DNA from: Perna viridis
Taxonomy: Eukaryota
DNA: 64,000 bases
Reading direction: 5' to 3'
NCBI GenBank assembly: GCA_037379345.1
Contig: CM074513.1
Location: 25,730,001-25,794,000, forward strand
Shown: positions 15,801 to 30,800 of the stretch, piece by piece
How the letters are laid out: every line of letters begins with the position of its first letter
Position numbering within the stretch: position 1 is the first letter of the stretch
Notes under the pieces: model-generated
Seen by the model: only the letters and a program-made list of their open reading frames with translations
What the model was told of the DNA's origin: nothing
Databases searched by the model: none
Program-made: the position numbers and the translations under genes

Positions 15801-18800
15801 AAAAAAAAAAAATATTAGAGGAGGGATTTTTTTACTTTGTATTTCACTTCTTTGATAATAAAAAACCCTGGTATGGCTCAAGAAAACCAAATCAACAGAT
15901 AATACCTCCAACTCTTAGAGAAGTCCACTGGTCGTTTGAGTTTTCCTGTGTACATATTACCATCTGACATCACTCTGTCATTGTCTTTATCTCCGTCAAA
16001 GTTTCCACATAGACCTATAATTAATCATACTCAACTATATAATACGTATATCCAAATGACTAATTAAAGGCAGGTAATTCTTAATGGAATGTAAGTTCAA
16101 GGCATATTGTGGTTTTACTCCATGAGGCAGTATATTCTTGCATTATTTTAAGTACTTCTCTGTCTAAGAATTAGGCAAAATGTGTATAAGGTGTGGCACA
16201 TAAAGAAAAAATACACAGACATTTTATTGCATAATCCAAGTATTTATACCTCATAACCTCAAGAAATTACTGTCAAAGTGTTTGAAAAGTTTGCCTTTTT
16301 AAGATATTGATAGGTCAAATTCAGTTGAAATGCACTGTGGAAAAATGGCAGGAAAATTTTCCCGAACTTTTTCCTTATATAAGCAGTCAAAAAATATCTA
16401 CATCACCGATGCTTCAGGATAAATTTAAATAGCTGTTCAGATGTTTTCTAGATGTATTGAATGTATTTGAGGTAAAAAAGACCAAACTGAGAAATATGAT
16501 GTGCCACCCATTGCCTGATTCTTACACAGAATGGTACTTAAGCTTTTCAAGGGAGCTAATTGATCCTTAAATAACTTATTACAAATAACAAGAAGTAAAA
16601 TAATTGAGACAATCAATGTTCAATATGAAAATTGGACAAAATGACAATATAACAAAAAAATAGCAACAGACAATTGACCCACCTTGTACATTACTGTAAT
16701 CAGCCGATGATGACTTTATTTGGACATTGATGAACTCTGGAGTTTTGCCTTTTCCTTTGGTGATCTTGACAATAGCACCATGTGGTAGATAAACCTTAAA
16801 AAAGTCATGTGATCTTCAATCAATACAACAGTGCTGATACTTGTAGTATCAATTTACATATTTGGATAAATTTGTTGTAGTCATGGATTTATCTAAATTA
16901 AATTTGAACAATGATGCTTTGTAAATGCATGTATTATTTGGTATAAAACTAAACAATTTATCTTTTATTTTACTTAAAACAGTATCAATGACTCTAAACT
17001 CTAAATGATTGCAGGAAATTAACACCTCCCAAAGGTAGAACAATAACCTTTCAGGATTATCAGTAAATACAATGTGTCACAGATAAGAATGTTTGATTAA
17101 CAATCCATCTACCTGGTATTTTTTGCCTCCACCATATCTGAATATCTTAGTGCCTGGTGTTAGTTCACCATTTAGGATCAGTTGGATATCCAATGGTCGC
17201 CTTGAACCACGTTTGGAACCACACTTGTCGAAAAGGATGATATCATCATCAACTTTGATGGCAACGGCACAGTTACAGGAGGCCTTACCATTACAACTTC
17301 TATAGAATGTTCGTACCTGTAAACAATTAGTAAAAAAATGCTTTTGTATAAATGATTCTACCTTTACAATATGAATTTGTTCTTCCATATTATCTGATGA
17401 TCAAAATGCCAATATAAATATGTCTGAAGCTCTATACACAAATTTCAGATAAATATTCAGAGATAGTGTGTATAAATAAAACTTTAAAGTACAACAATAC
17501 GAGAAAAATAGTGTATTATAATGAAACATAAGTCAAACTTATTTTTCAAGTAAGAAAACAATAAATTTAAAGACAAAATATGAATTATTTCATCAAAATG
17601 AAACAATGAACAGAACCAAAATTGGACATAAAATAAAAAAGTTTTTTTAAGTTCTGAAAATTGGTATGATTATCCTAAAATTGGTATGATTATCCTAAAA
17701 TTGGTATGATTATCCTAAAATTGTTGTTTATTATATTGTTTATTTGCCAATCTGACACTCAATGAGATACAATATGACATCACTAATGAGACTGTCGAAC
17801 TCTCCCATAGTCAGGTTATGGAAATGAAAAAAGTCTATTTAAAAAGCAAAACTTCCTATAGCATAATATCTAAAATATATATAAGGAATTCCCAAATAAT
17901 TTTAATAAATCAATCTAATCATTACCCTGAGTCAAAAGTGAAAATTGTAATAAACTGAGACCTCTGACCCATAACTAATTTCTACATACCTCATACGGGA
18001 GTACAGTATGTTTATAGAAAATAAATTCTCCCTCTAAGTAATTGTTGTACTTCCTATAATATAAAGAAATAAGGTGTATACTACCATAGATCTTAAAGAG
18101 ATTTGCAACTAACTGAAATCTCACATTATCACGCGGCGGGGAACGAGATCTCGTACTTAATTGACAATGAGAACTTGACTTTAAATGATCACAATTAAAA
18201 AAGTATTGCTATTATCAAAATAAAACCTTCAGGTTTCTATTCTACGATATCTAACCTTCATATGCATACTAAATTTTTCTTTCAACCAAAACAAACAAAA
18301 ATGGAAACAATTGAAAACAATTTACCTACCCCAATTTTTATGGAAATGAACCTATCACAACTCCTTTGTATTTAAGATAATTGAATAAAATCTCCAGTTT
18401 CCCATTATTACATCTTCAATCATTTCAGATCATTTCATCAATCAAAAGGGGAAAAAGTAGTTTACTAAATAAGTGGAAAGGTCAGGGAATCTCGTTCTCC
18501 GCCGCATGATTATCTTGCCTACAAACTGGCTAATCAACGAGTTTCTTATCTCTTTTATTATAGGTCTCTAATACTACTTCTAACTTCTTATGATACTATA
18601 AATTTAAATGTCTTCCCATATTGAAATGATTTTTTTTCAATGAGCTTAAAATGGCAATATATAACTTAATCATATGTAATTCTCTTACCATCCATCAAAG
18701 GTCCGCATGTGAGGGTCATTGTGGGATTCACAAATGGCAGGTTTATCTCCATCTTCTACAGTAACCTGTAAAATATTTTTGATACTAGCAGGTCACTTGG

Positions 18801-21800
18801 TGAATATTATATTGCATAACTTGCTAACTGTACACTTTTATTTATTTTAAAGGCCTGGGTTTAAAAAATAAATCTCAAATTCCTTGAGTTTTTCCTTAAA
18901 TCTTCAATTTCAAGCAATTTGTTTGGTCAAATTCTCTGTTCAAGAAGGTTTTGAGGAAAATCTCAATTTGAGTATTTTAATGAAACTGGGCTCAGATTAT
19001 GTAAATACTATTCATGAGCTGAGTTTTGTTTTGCTTTCATACCAGAATGGCATTCTTCATTACTTTTACTACCATAATTTTCTAAGTCTGCTAGGGGCAT
19101 GAATTATTCCTACATTGTTTTCTCCTTATTCATAGCTTTTCAAGAAGGTGATAAATTAAGCAGGCATGTATGAACTTCTCAAAGAATCGTGCCACTACTA
19201 AAATTTTTCAACTTTGAAAAACATGTATTAATCACCTTCACACTACTATAAGTGTAGTTGTAAGTAACAGTTTCTTCGCAAATGGTAGAAATCTCTACAT
19301 CAAGTTCCTTGATAACATCTCCATCAAATACCAAATCTGTTGTAGCCATTACAGGAATAGATAACTCCATGTCCCAGTTATCAAGGGAGATAACTCCTCC
19401 ACAAAAGGCATTTTCAGCACCTTCTCCACTACAGTAACAAGTTAAGTCATTACAATGTATTCCTCAAGTAAATTTAAACAATTTAAATCGGCATATATTC
19501 ATTTATTATAGGATTAAACACATTTTTAAGGAACTATTTGTGTAAATCTTTACACTCAAAAAATAATAAATGATACTGGACCAATAATTCCTTTAAAATT
19601 AGAGAAAGGGAACTTAATTTACCACCCTTTATCTCTATCATACATTAGCTGTGAATTTGAGACTTTAAGTTATGACAAATTCATTCATTCAAAAGTAAAC
19701 AACTTCAAGAACTGGAACTGGAGGCCTTCTCCTCCAATTAAATGAACATATCCTCTAATTTTGAAATCATATAAGAATTTCTGTAAAAAAGTAAATTACA
19801 AGGCCAACACGAAGTGTCTATTATACCTGTACATGACTACAGCCTGCCAATGTGTCAGATCATTGGTACAGCTCTCTTCAACTCCACGGAAATGTGTTGT
19901 GACTCTAACTAGACATGTACCATTAGGAACTCTCTGACTTGGAGGGCAGAATAGTGCTGGTGGTACTGATGACTTGATTTTGACATTACCAGCAGGTCCT
20001 CCTTCTCTGATCGTCAATTTACTTGTTATTACCTAAACACAGTAATATACAACAATATCAACTTTCTTACCATATAATGAACTTTAGTTCTACGAGCTCT
20101 GTGGATGTAATCCATAAAACTTGAGTTCTATGAGCTCTGTGGATGTAATCCATAAAACTTGAGTTCTACGAGATCCGTGGACGTAATCCATAAAACTTTA
20201 GCTCTATGAGCTCTGTGGATGTAATCCATAAAACTTTAAATTAATAATTATATCAAGAATTTAAGGAATTTTTAAAACTGTTGCAGAAGTCAATTCTGTA
20301 AATGGCCTTTTCTGAGTTGAGACAACCTGTATAAGACGAGGCCAAAAGTGCTTGTCTTAACTCATTCTCTTGTTACTTAAGTAATGTCTCAAAAGTGGCC
20401 AGTTATAGATATTATTCAAAACAAAAGTAAGAGCTTTGAGATATGGTGTAGCTCTCCAGGAGAAGTCAACAAAATATTTGTTTTCACAGAAGAAACAGGT
20501 ACTTATTCACTTTGCATATCAAAGATTGGTTATCTTTTACTCATTAGAGTAGTTCTTGGTCTTTTCACTCGTTCCACTACACTCCACTAATGAAATAGAC
20601 TTGAATTTCTCAAGCTGATAAAAGATAACCCACTCTTTAATGTTCTTTCATGTAAAAACCTATTAATCTTATATCCTGAACTTAAATCTTGTTCAACATA
20701 ACGAATACATCACTTCCCTCAATAATATATCCATCATACTAGTATAACTTACAGTGACTTCAGCAGTTATTGTGTTACTCTTCCTCAATGGACCTCTGGT
20801 GTTATCACAGTCGTACGAGAAACATGGGGTCACCATACACTTGGTCTAAATATAAACATAGAAATGCATATAGCGGTTATTTTAACATAGAAAACTTTGT
20901 TAAAATGATATCTTTTTTTTTTTGGTAAAAGTTAAATGCTATAGTTGGAAAATTCAGGTATTTAGTTTATTAATTGAAAACATTGCATTTATTCTCCTTA
21001 TAATTTTGTCTTGACATTTCTTTAATATTTCAAAGGCAATAGTGTTTGACAACTAAGTGGCAATTAAAATTGCTGTCCTTATTAACAGGGAATTTTCAAA
21101 AGAAATTACTAAAAATTATAAATGGCAAGTGAATAATTTGGCAGAATCTGCAAATAATCAAAGTTATCAACCTATGATGTGAATATTGATAAACATGTTC
21201 TGACCTTGACTCCATATCCACCGTCACCATAAAGATCTTCTGTGAGTTCACTTTCATCCATAGTTGTGACCTCTGACCTCACTATGACATCATCAACTGA
21301 CCAATCAATCAAGTACTTTACATCAGCTCGAGGCAGCTTGTCAAATTTACACATGAAAGTAGATGTTTTGTTCTCCTTTTCGAACTCTACTGTTACTCTA
21401 GGCTGGGATGTCAGCTCAGGTACCTCTGCAAAATTATGAAGATACTGTAAAATTTTAATGACTATCCATATTTCTATCATTACTTGTCTAATTTGCCAAT
21501 TAAACAAATTTACCAACTATCAAATTTTGTAGTTGTTAATAAGATTTCTTTAGCATTATATTGAGCAATTAGTAATCTATTATTTCCACCCAATATGGTG
21601 TGCCTCTACAAGCACAAAAAATATAAGTTTGACATGTGTCTCCTTAAACATGAAGATATGAAAAGGTTACAAATAACTCTAACTTATTACCTCGAAGTTA
21701 TACCTGCCAATGCATAAATAACATACTTAGGAAAAACTTTTTTACTATTTTCCTTTATAGTATGCAAAGATTTTTCTTTCCCAAAAATCCAATTAAAAAT

Positions 21801-24800
21801 GAAAGTTAAACTAGTGAAAGAATTTTACAATTATTATTGTTATGACTATACAACGCACTGCAAATGCCTTAAACCTTACCTGAGAGTACTCCTACAGCAT
21901 CTTTGATGGATATTGTAGCTGTCCAAGTCTGCCAAGTTCCTACTGTACATTTGGCATAATACCCACGGAAGTTTGGAATAGGAGCACCAAATCTCCATTT
22001 GTACTTCAACAATCCCTTTATTTTCCTCCTGATATACCTTGTACGTCTACCAACTCTCTCACCATCAATGAAAAGGTCAAGGCCATCAATACTCCAGGAA
22101 AATTCAAGGTCAAAGAAAAGATTGATCTTTGTGAACTTTGTTTTGATAGTCCATTCTTTGTCAGTGGTGGAGATTGTGAGGTATAAATACTTCTTATAGT
22201 AATACAATGCTATTCCCCTAGATCCAGGCAAGTCTCCACCAGAGTTCAGGATATACATATTGTCCTTCAACGCTCCAAGACGTAATGATATTTTGTACGT
22301 AAGCCCCGCAAAAAGACAGTTCTCAGGGTCACTGAGACAGTCATTGTCATCAGAGGATTCTATCATTTGAGTCTTTCCATCTAACTCAACTGCAAAGCCT
22401 CCTTTCCATCCATCCACTAGAACTGGATTACCAACCAGGGAGAAGTTTGACTTAGTGGTTACCAGTAGAGTATCAATTATTGTAAGGAAGTTCACCTGTA
22501 TCCATGTTATGCTGGTAGCTAAAATACCAACAACAAAAAATGATTTGAAAAGAATGCTTTGACATCATACATTTATAAAAGGCATTGGACAAAAATAGAG
22601 CAATTTAATTACTATCACAGCAAGTACTTAAATTCAAAACATGAAAAGTTTTTTTTTTTCGTAACTATTACCAGCAAAATAATTATCATCAAGTTAAATA
22701 CTAAAATTAAAATTAAAGAGTTGGTTAAGAAAACACTAAATGAGAATAAACAAGTTTTTACTTTATAATATAAGTATGATTTGATGTGTAACTATTAAGA
22801 TACCTTGTATTTTTGTCCACACAGTAGTATTAGTAGTTGGATCACAAACTCGTGTAGAATCTTGAGGAAAAACTTGTCCTTTTTCATAACAAACTCCATC
22901 AATAATGCATCCATCACTCTAGAAAGTTATATAATACAATATTTTTTTTATTTCAAGTACATGTATTTCCACCTACATTACAGCTTCATGTAAAAAGTGT
23001 TGGACTAATCTAAAAAATCTGATAGATCATAGAATCAGTTTATTATGGTATTGGAACAAAATTGAACTGTACCAAGTTTCATCAAGATGTCCAATCTTCA
23101 TTGGAAAAATCTTTAACACAAACCATTGTTTAAAGAGTGGTTGATAAATGAACAGACAGAGACACATGCATTTTACTTAAAATATGCCTTCACCTACTTG
23201 ACAATATATCAAATTACTACTAACCCTGGTCTGACAATTTACACTTTGACCATCCTGTTCACAGGAATCACATCTTGAGTTGTAGATGTAATAGTCTATT
23301 TGGTTGCTCTTCAGTGCTCCATTGTTACTCAGGGAGACTTTAACAGTGGTAGTTGAGTTCAGATCACAAAGAACAATGGCAAAGGACACAAACCTAGCTC
23401 TAACATTGTAAGTCAGGGAAGTCTGTGGAAATACAATAATAAGATTCTAGAATCAAGTTTATGTATTCTATAGCATCGACAATAAACTGTGGATTTCCTG
23501 TCTTGACTTTGTTATGAAAGTCTTGCTTGTGATGGCACTCATCATTTAACTTTCTTACTTGGATAATTACATATACTGTACAATATTGTTTAAAATTTAA
23601 ACATAATTAATATAAGTAATACATACAGTCTTTAAGAGCATTCCTATTGCATTCCTTCACTAGGAAAAGTAAAATCGTGGACTCAGTTATGTTCATTAGG
23701 ACTGATGTAGCTTATCAGAAATTTAGCTTTAGAATTTAGATTGATAAAAAGTCTTTAAACTGCATATCAAAGCTAGTGAGGAAATATAATACTGAAGAAA
23801 ATACATAATAATCAATAAACATAAAATTGACTGAAAACTCATTTTCAATAACAAAGCAACAGTTTAAATACTGAAATGATATTAGCGGCTTACCCCAATT
23901 TCAGTCACATGACAAGTCAGCTGATCATTTTCATAGAAATTGTTGCCATAAAAATAGAACATATTACACTGTTTCTCAGTAGAATCACACAGAGGACTGG
24001 CTATTGTTCCTCTTAAGACTGGAGGTTTGCTTTTATCAACTGTACAATCTATTCCAGCATACCCTGAACTACAGGCACAACTTCCTGTTTCAATAGATGA
24101 AAGATAAGCAAGGGAAAAAAGGTTAACAGGAATATTTCATAAACATTTTTCATCTGACAAGATATTTCATCCCCCATGATTCTATTACACCTTGGGGTTT
24201 TGTCTATACGAGTTTACACACCTAAAAATGAATACAATAAATGGATAAGTGGAAAATATGAATAAAATCATTGAAAGCCAGTATTATGGAAAAATCAAAA
24301 CTAAACAGTAAATATTCTTTTACTGAATTATATTTTAGTTGTAAAAACTCTAATCTTATTTTCCAACAGCTGTAAAAAGTAGAAGATGAAGACAGTCTTC
24401 CTAAAACTGACATTCACAAATCAACATTGGGATAAACAGCGCCAGTTTGGCTGCCCAAAATTGGGATCACGCTCATGCAAGCTTTGACATTTTCCAGTTG
24501 AAAATTTTAGTTTATAAGCTAGATCTCGTCTATAAGTGGAACCCTTCCCAGCATTAAAAAATTAGACTTTTAAGTGAATACATACGGTATATTTCAAACG
24601 CAGAGTGTGATAACTTTTACTAGAAGTGAATACCTTTATAATAGAACTTACCAAATCCATCACAACTGCCCTTATCACCACAACCACTGTTACAAAACTT
24701 GTTCAATATATCAAGATTTAATGAAAAACGTCCCATTGATGATGTCCATAGCTTAACATTGTACGAGAGTGTCAAAAAACATCTCATCCTAAATCTGACC

Positions 24801-27800
24801 ATAGCAACCATTGTCCAACTACTGTCATCTGTAAACTATATAAAAAATTCAATCTATTAGAAAGATAAGAAATATTATAATGGAAAGAAACAAATTTTAC
24901 AGTTTCTCCTTTTGAATTAATAATCACAGGGCATGGAAATATCCTTACATTTTTTCAGTGAATATTTCTCAGGTTACAGATGCTATATGGTAAAACCTGC
25001 CTAAATCCTTAAAATTTGTTCAGGTGCTTGGTTTATTCAGGTTTAACATACATTTAAACTTCTACACTAAGAATTTAGACAAGTTTTGTTTTTTCATGAC
25101 AAGGTTTTTTTCATAGATTGGTTTAAATATGTTTCAAAGCAAAACCATTAGGATTAAAAGAAAAACAGAATCAAAGATATGAATGGCCCAATCAAATACA
25201 ACTATTTTTTCATCTTTAACTCACGTCTCGCTTTATCTTATTGCGCATGATAAATATTTAATGCAATAAGAACTAGATGATATGGCACCACTAAAAGAGA
25301 ACACATTATACATGAACTTTTAGAAGGAAGTAATTTTTCAATATCTAACTTACACCAACATCATTCACACATTTTTGTACTACAGCATCAAAGACGGCAG
25401 GAATAAAATTACGACATGTTTGTCCAATTTCTCCAGATACTGTGGCATTCACACACATTTCCCTAACTTCAGTTTTATTCATTCCAGATTGTGTTGGCCA
25501 AGATACAGCCTACAAAAAAGAAATTATATGAAATAAAAACCTAAAACTTATTTTAGCCAAGTTAATATGCATACTCAGATCTCAAACCTTCAAACTTAAT
25601 GAAGGCATGAAATAACAAATAAGAAACAACCATGAAAATAATATGTCACAAATGACGATCTTATCCATATTAACTTGAAAGGTAAAGTAAAAAGATAAGG
25701 GCAAATTTCCATGAGAAAATCATCCAAGCAGCCATGAACTAATAAAACAAAAAACAAAAAACAAGTGGGACCCAGATACCTTTCAATAAGGAGACAACTT
25801 AAACTCAATTTTAACCTCTAAAGGACCCCTATAAAAATGTTAACAAAACAGTACAAATCCAGCTAATGCATGTCAATATGAACAAACACTATACTCTAAT
25901 AAGAAGGTATAATGTACCCATGAAAACAAGATAATGTACAAAAGATAGTTTATATATTGTACATCAGAAAATTTTCACAAAATTTCAGGGTTCTTATAAT
26001 TTATCTCTCCCTTAAAAAGCTAAAAATTTATGATAAGTATGGCAAGTACTTTTTTATGAAACTTGAGCAGTTTAGGAGAAGTTGTGCTTACAAGAAATGC
26101 AAACAGACAGATATGGTGATTCCTACATGGACTGCAAAAACTAGATTTAGCAAATCTAATTATATTTTCAGGACATAAAACTGCATTAATTTCATTCTGT
26201 GAAAATTACCAGTTGCATTCATTCATATAGCAAAGAAAAAAAACTTCTTTCAACCTTGTTAGGATACTAGTAATTAGGATGAAGGATATGGTGCATGTAT
26301 GATCTTCACTGTTTAATCAAGTTATTATAGATATTTGGATTAAAATCAGGAAGATAAGTTTACAGCTATTACTTACAGTAGCAGTAAAATTACCATCAAA
26401 ACCAAACAAGGTTTGTGGTTGTCTTGTCAGACATTTCTCTGGAGGGCTGGAAGCTGTGGATTTAAGACTTTCGGTGATATCCTTGACTGAAAGAAAGCAT
26501 GGTAATGGTTTATTAGATAATATTAACAGATTAAATCTCCTTTACCTCAAAAATCAATTGTAAACTCACAAACACTTAATAAACGTTCAATTAAATATAC
26601 ATATAGGATATTTTAGAGTCTGTTTGAAAAGACCACTTTTTGATCTCTGCATCAATGGATTTGTTCAGAAAATTTTTAATTGAATAATAGAAAAAAGAGG
26701 TTTATGACAGTTATTTGCCCTTGAAATGCTCATTTTCACTGCATTTCAATGAAATTATAACTCAATTTACCAAAATGATCTGAAAAATCATGTTTTTTTT
26801 TTCCTTGATTGTGCTGGTGCAAATAGTTAAATTACACTTTCAAAACAGTGTTTTTTCCAAACCAAGTTTCACCCACAGCCTGATTTTAACAGAGACTGAC
26901 ACTTAAACAATGAATGTTTCCTCACAGTAGTATCATTTATGAACTGACTGCAAAAATGCATTGCATGAAAATAAAAGTTCCTTATTAAATAACCAATCCA
27001 TGAAATTTTATAACAGCGAAACATCTGCAGATTCAAAAGCAACTATATGCATTTATCACTGCAGTTTTGTCATCTTCAAACCAAATGCAATTTTCACTTT
27101 TCAGATATCCTGATCATTGGTATACAAAAACCAGACTTCAAAATATTGCAACTTTTGCATTTTTTTCACATGAATTTATGAAATTACAGAAGTTGGTAAA
27201 ATCAAAGAAATTACCTTGTGCCACCGCACAATTGAACATCTTACTGTTCTGTCCACATGTATTGTTCTTGAAACAATCACACATTGTGTCTTCTAAATCA
27301 GCTGGTTGATCTTCCTCTATAGTACAGTAGCCATTGTATAATGTTTCTTCCACTGATACTCTAAACATAGAATAAAAAAATTAACCCAGGATTCAACTAG
27401 AAATACTGAGAGGAAGCTTACTAATAGAATTACCCTTGCTTCAGATGAAGTTAAATATATAAACCATTGTTCAATGATCTCCATTTAAAGTCCTCCGACA
27501 GTAACTATATCTTTCATGCACATCTACATGATACCCAACCTTCCTTTAAAATTTCAAGAAAATTCCTTGAACAGTTTACGAGGAGTTGCAGGTACAAGGT
27601 TTAACATGTAAAACCCTGATGTTGGATTATCTCCCTTTAGAGTCCTATGACAGTAACTATAGTCCTTCATGCACAGCTACATATGATGCTCAAACTTTTT
27701 ACGAAACTTGAGCGGTTAAGGAGGAGTTGTGCTTACAAGAAATGCAAACAGACAGCTATGGTGATTCCTACACGTATATACACATCTAAATTTGTATTGG

Positions 27801-30800
27801 TTTCTATTTTTTTGGGTGGGGAGATAGTATTCCCCTTTAATAGAAATTTACCATGTCAAAACTATGTAAGTAGAAACGATATGCATATTGCAAAAGTAAT
27901 TTGAAAATTCTAAAAGAAATGTATAACTATGCAGAAATGTTTAAAAAGCTAAGTCGCTATTTTTTTAAAAATAACAGTTAACTTCACAAAACAAACAACA
28001 AACCTCCAACTATCAGTGAATTCATCATCATCTTTCTGCATGTTATCATTAGAACCATCACCATCAAATGATCCACACAAGCCTAAATCATAGAGATAAT
28101 ACTTCCATCACATAAAGGAAAATATTTTGCAGGAAAAATGCTATACTTCCATCATGTAAAGGAAAATATTTTGCAGGAAAAATGCTATACTTCCATCATG
28201 CAAAGGAAAATATTTTGCAGGAAAAATGCTTATCAACACGGCAAAAATTAAAAAAACCTTAATACTGCAACATATGAGTTTTGTTTTTAAAGAATATAAC
28301 TAGAAAAACTATGAGCAAAGCTCCTGTTGAAGAGAAAACTAACAAAAAAGATGCAGACAGACAAACAGACAACTATTATGATCACTATCTACCTCCCACA
28401 AAGTGGGGGAAATAAATATTCACAAAAATTGAGTGGATTATACTAGATATAATAAGTCTTAATTGTAACATATGAAATTCTTTTTACATCAAAAGTTACT
28501 AATTATTATAACTTGCAGATTAACAAAAACTAGCTGTACGTATTGTAATGTACCTTGTGTATTTTTAAAGTCCAATGGTGAAGCTACTAAAACAACCTTG
28601 AGAAAACTGTATGATGGGTGATGGTCATTCCTTGCCAGAATATAGGCTCCAGATGGAAGATTTACCTACAGTAGAAATTATTATTCATAAAAAAAAAAGT
28701 AATTCCAGTCTTGGTCTCAAATGAGAAATAGGGCATTAAAGGAACATTAAGTGATATCCAACCACATAAACTACAAAAAAAGTTTATAACAAATCCACTG
28801 ATCCTTTCTCAAGATATTATTTGGAAACAGTTGAGGAAGGACAGAAGAACAAGCAACTTTCTGGAAGGTATCATGTAATACTTCCGCACTTCATGTGGCA
28901 CTGTATCAAAAGTTAACTCTACCTGTATTTTATGGTAAAAAACAACTATGCAAAGTTTAAAAAAAAAATCATTGATAAAAAATTTTAAAAATCAATTTGT
29001 GTATCTAGCAATCTTAACCTTATAAGCATGTCCATCTTCTATTTGTTCTACACTGGTTCCCTGTGTAAAATCCCCATTATTGTACATGTTAACACCAATA
29101 TACTCCTGGGTGGAGTTAGCATTTGCACCACACCTGTCAATCACAACAACATCATCACCTGACCTGACAGCCATGGCACAGGTACACACAATGTTAGCAT
29201 TGTCACCACACTCACGTCTGAAGATGTGTACCTAGAAATATAAAAGATGGGCCCTTTGAGAAAAAGTTCATTTGTTACATTTAGTTCTATAATGATATTG
29301 TTTCTTTAGTCTTCTTTGTAATTTTAGTCTTATTTCTGATTCTGGGGAACTATGAGGATTTATACATGGAGATTTCAATCTATGTGATAAAAAACATTTA
29401 TATTTCAATGTCATACTGGTAAAGATCATTACACATCAAACAAATGTGGTCTCAAATTGAGACAAATTCATAAGTAATGTGTATGTATAAAAAAAAAAGA
29501 AACAGACCAAAACGTACGAAGAATTTTCACCAAACTAGATAGGTCCCTAGTAATGAAATCAGTAATATATTTTTACATTGACCATGTATATACAATATAT
29601 ATTACACAAGACCTGGTCCCTAAAAAGATTGAAAATTTTACTGAGTTTAAACAGATGTTTTGTTTACCTATTATTGAAGTTGCTTTTTATGCTATGTTTT
29701 GTTTAGAAAATTTCCTGTTCAGATTTGGCAGTTTTTCTTTTTACAACTTATACTGGTAATTACCTCAGCTTTGGGAGTCTTGTATAGAACAAACTCTCCT
29801 GTCTGTTGACTGCTGAAATCCCTGTTTTCAAAAATAAAAAAAAAATAAACATTAAATAGTCAGCACTATATCATGTACAAGAGAATGGGCAAGTCAATAC
29901 CATAGTCATAATTCAGAAAATCATTATTGTTTTTCTGTGGACACCTTTGAACAGCTCACTACAGAGGATACAAAATTTGGAAATTGTTTCACTAGGTCAT
30001 TTTCTTGAAAAGAAATCATGAGACGTGACATGTATGAACATACCTATTGTCAAATGTCCAAGTATGTGCATTGTCAGAATAGCATGTTGCATATCTGTCC
30101 TGGACTGTTACCTAGAATATAGATACAAATACTCATTATAGAATGTACATCCTAACTTCTGGTATTTAGAAACTTTCTTTTTAAAACTGCTTCAGTTCAT
30201 CTGATTAAATATGTCTAAAGCATATTTTCTATTGTTAATATGGTATATATGTTTGTAAATAGGTATTTTCTATATCCAAATGCATACTACTGTTTTTCCA
30301 CTTTCACATAAATGTATTTATCAAGAACCAAAGCTATTTTAAACGAGAACAAGTTTTACTTAAATTACAAAGCAATAGTTATTAGTCCAGTATCATACTC
30401 AATATGGCTCATAGCCAACAAATCATAATTTGAAATATGCTAGAAAATAAACATTTCAAAATGACATTTAGGTTTTACCTTGACACCTTCTTCATCCATG
30501 AACACTTCACTATAGCTCATGTTACCACTGGTTGCTTCAGACTCTATCTCTACAACAGCTGTTTGTTCACCGTCCTTTATAGAATCCATGACAGCAAAGA
30601 CAGAAATTTCCATCTCCTCTCTCCAGTTCTCCATAGTGAACCGGGCATCACAGCTAGATTTTGAGCTTTTTTGTTCCAGAACAATCTGTGGAACATCAAC
30701 CCCACTACAAGTTAAGTCCTGGGTGTTGTTGACCTTGAATCCTACTCTGACCTCACAGTCATCTGCTGTACAGAAAATATTTGGTGGGAAATCAAGTGAA

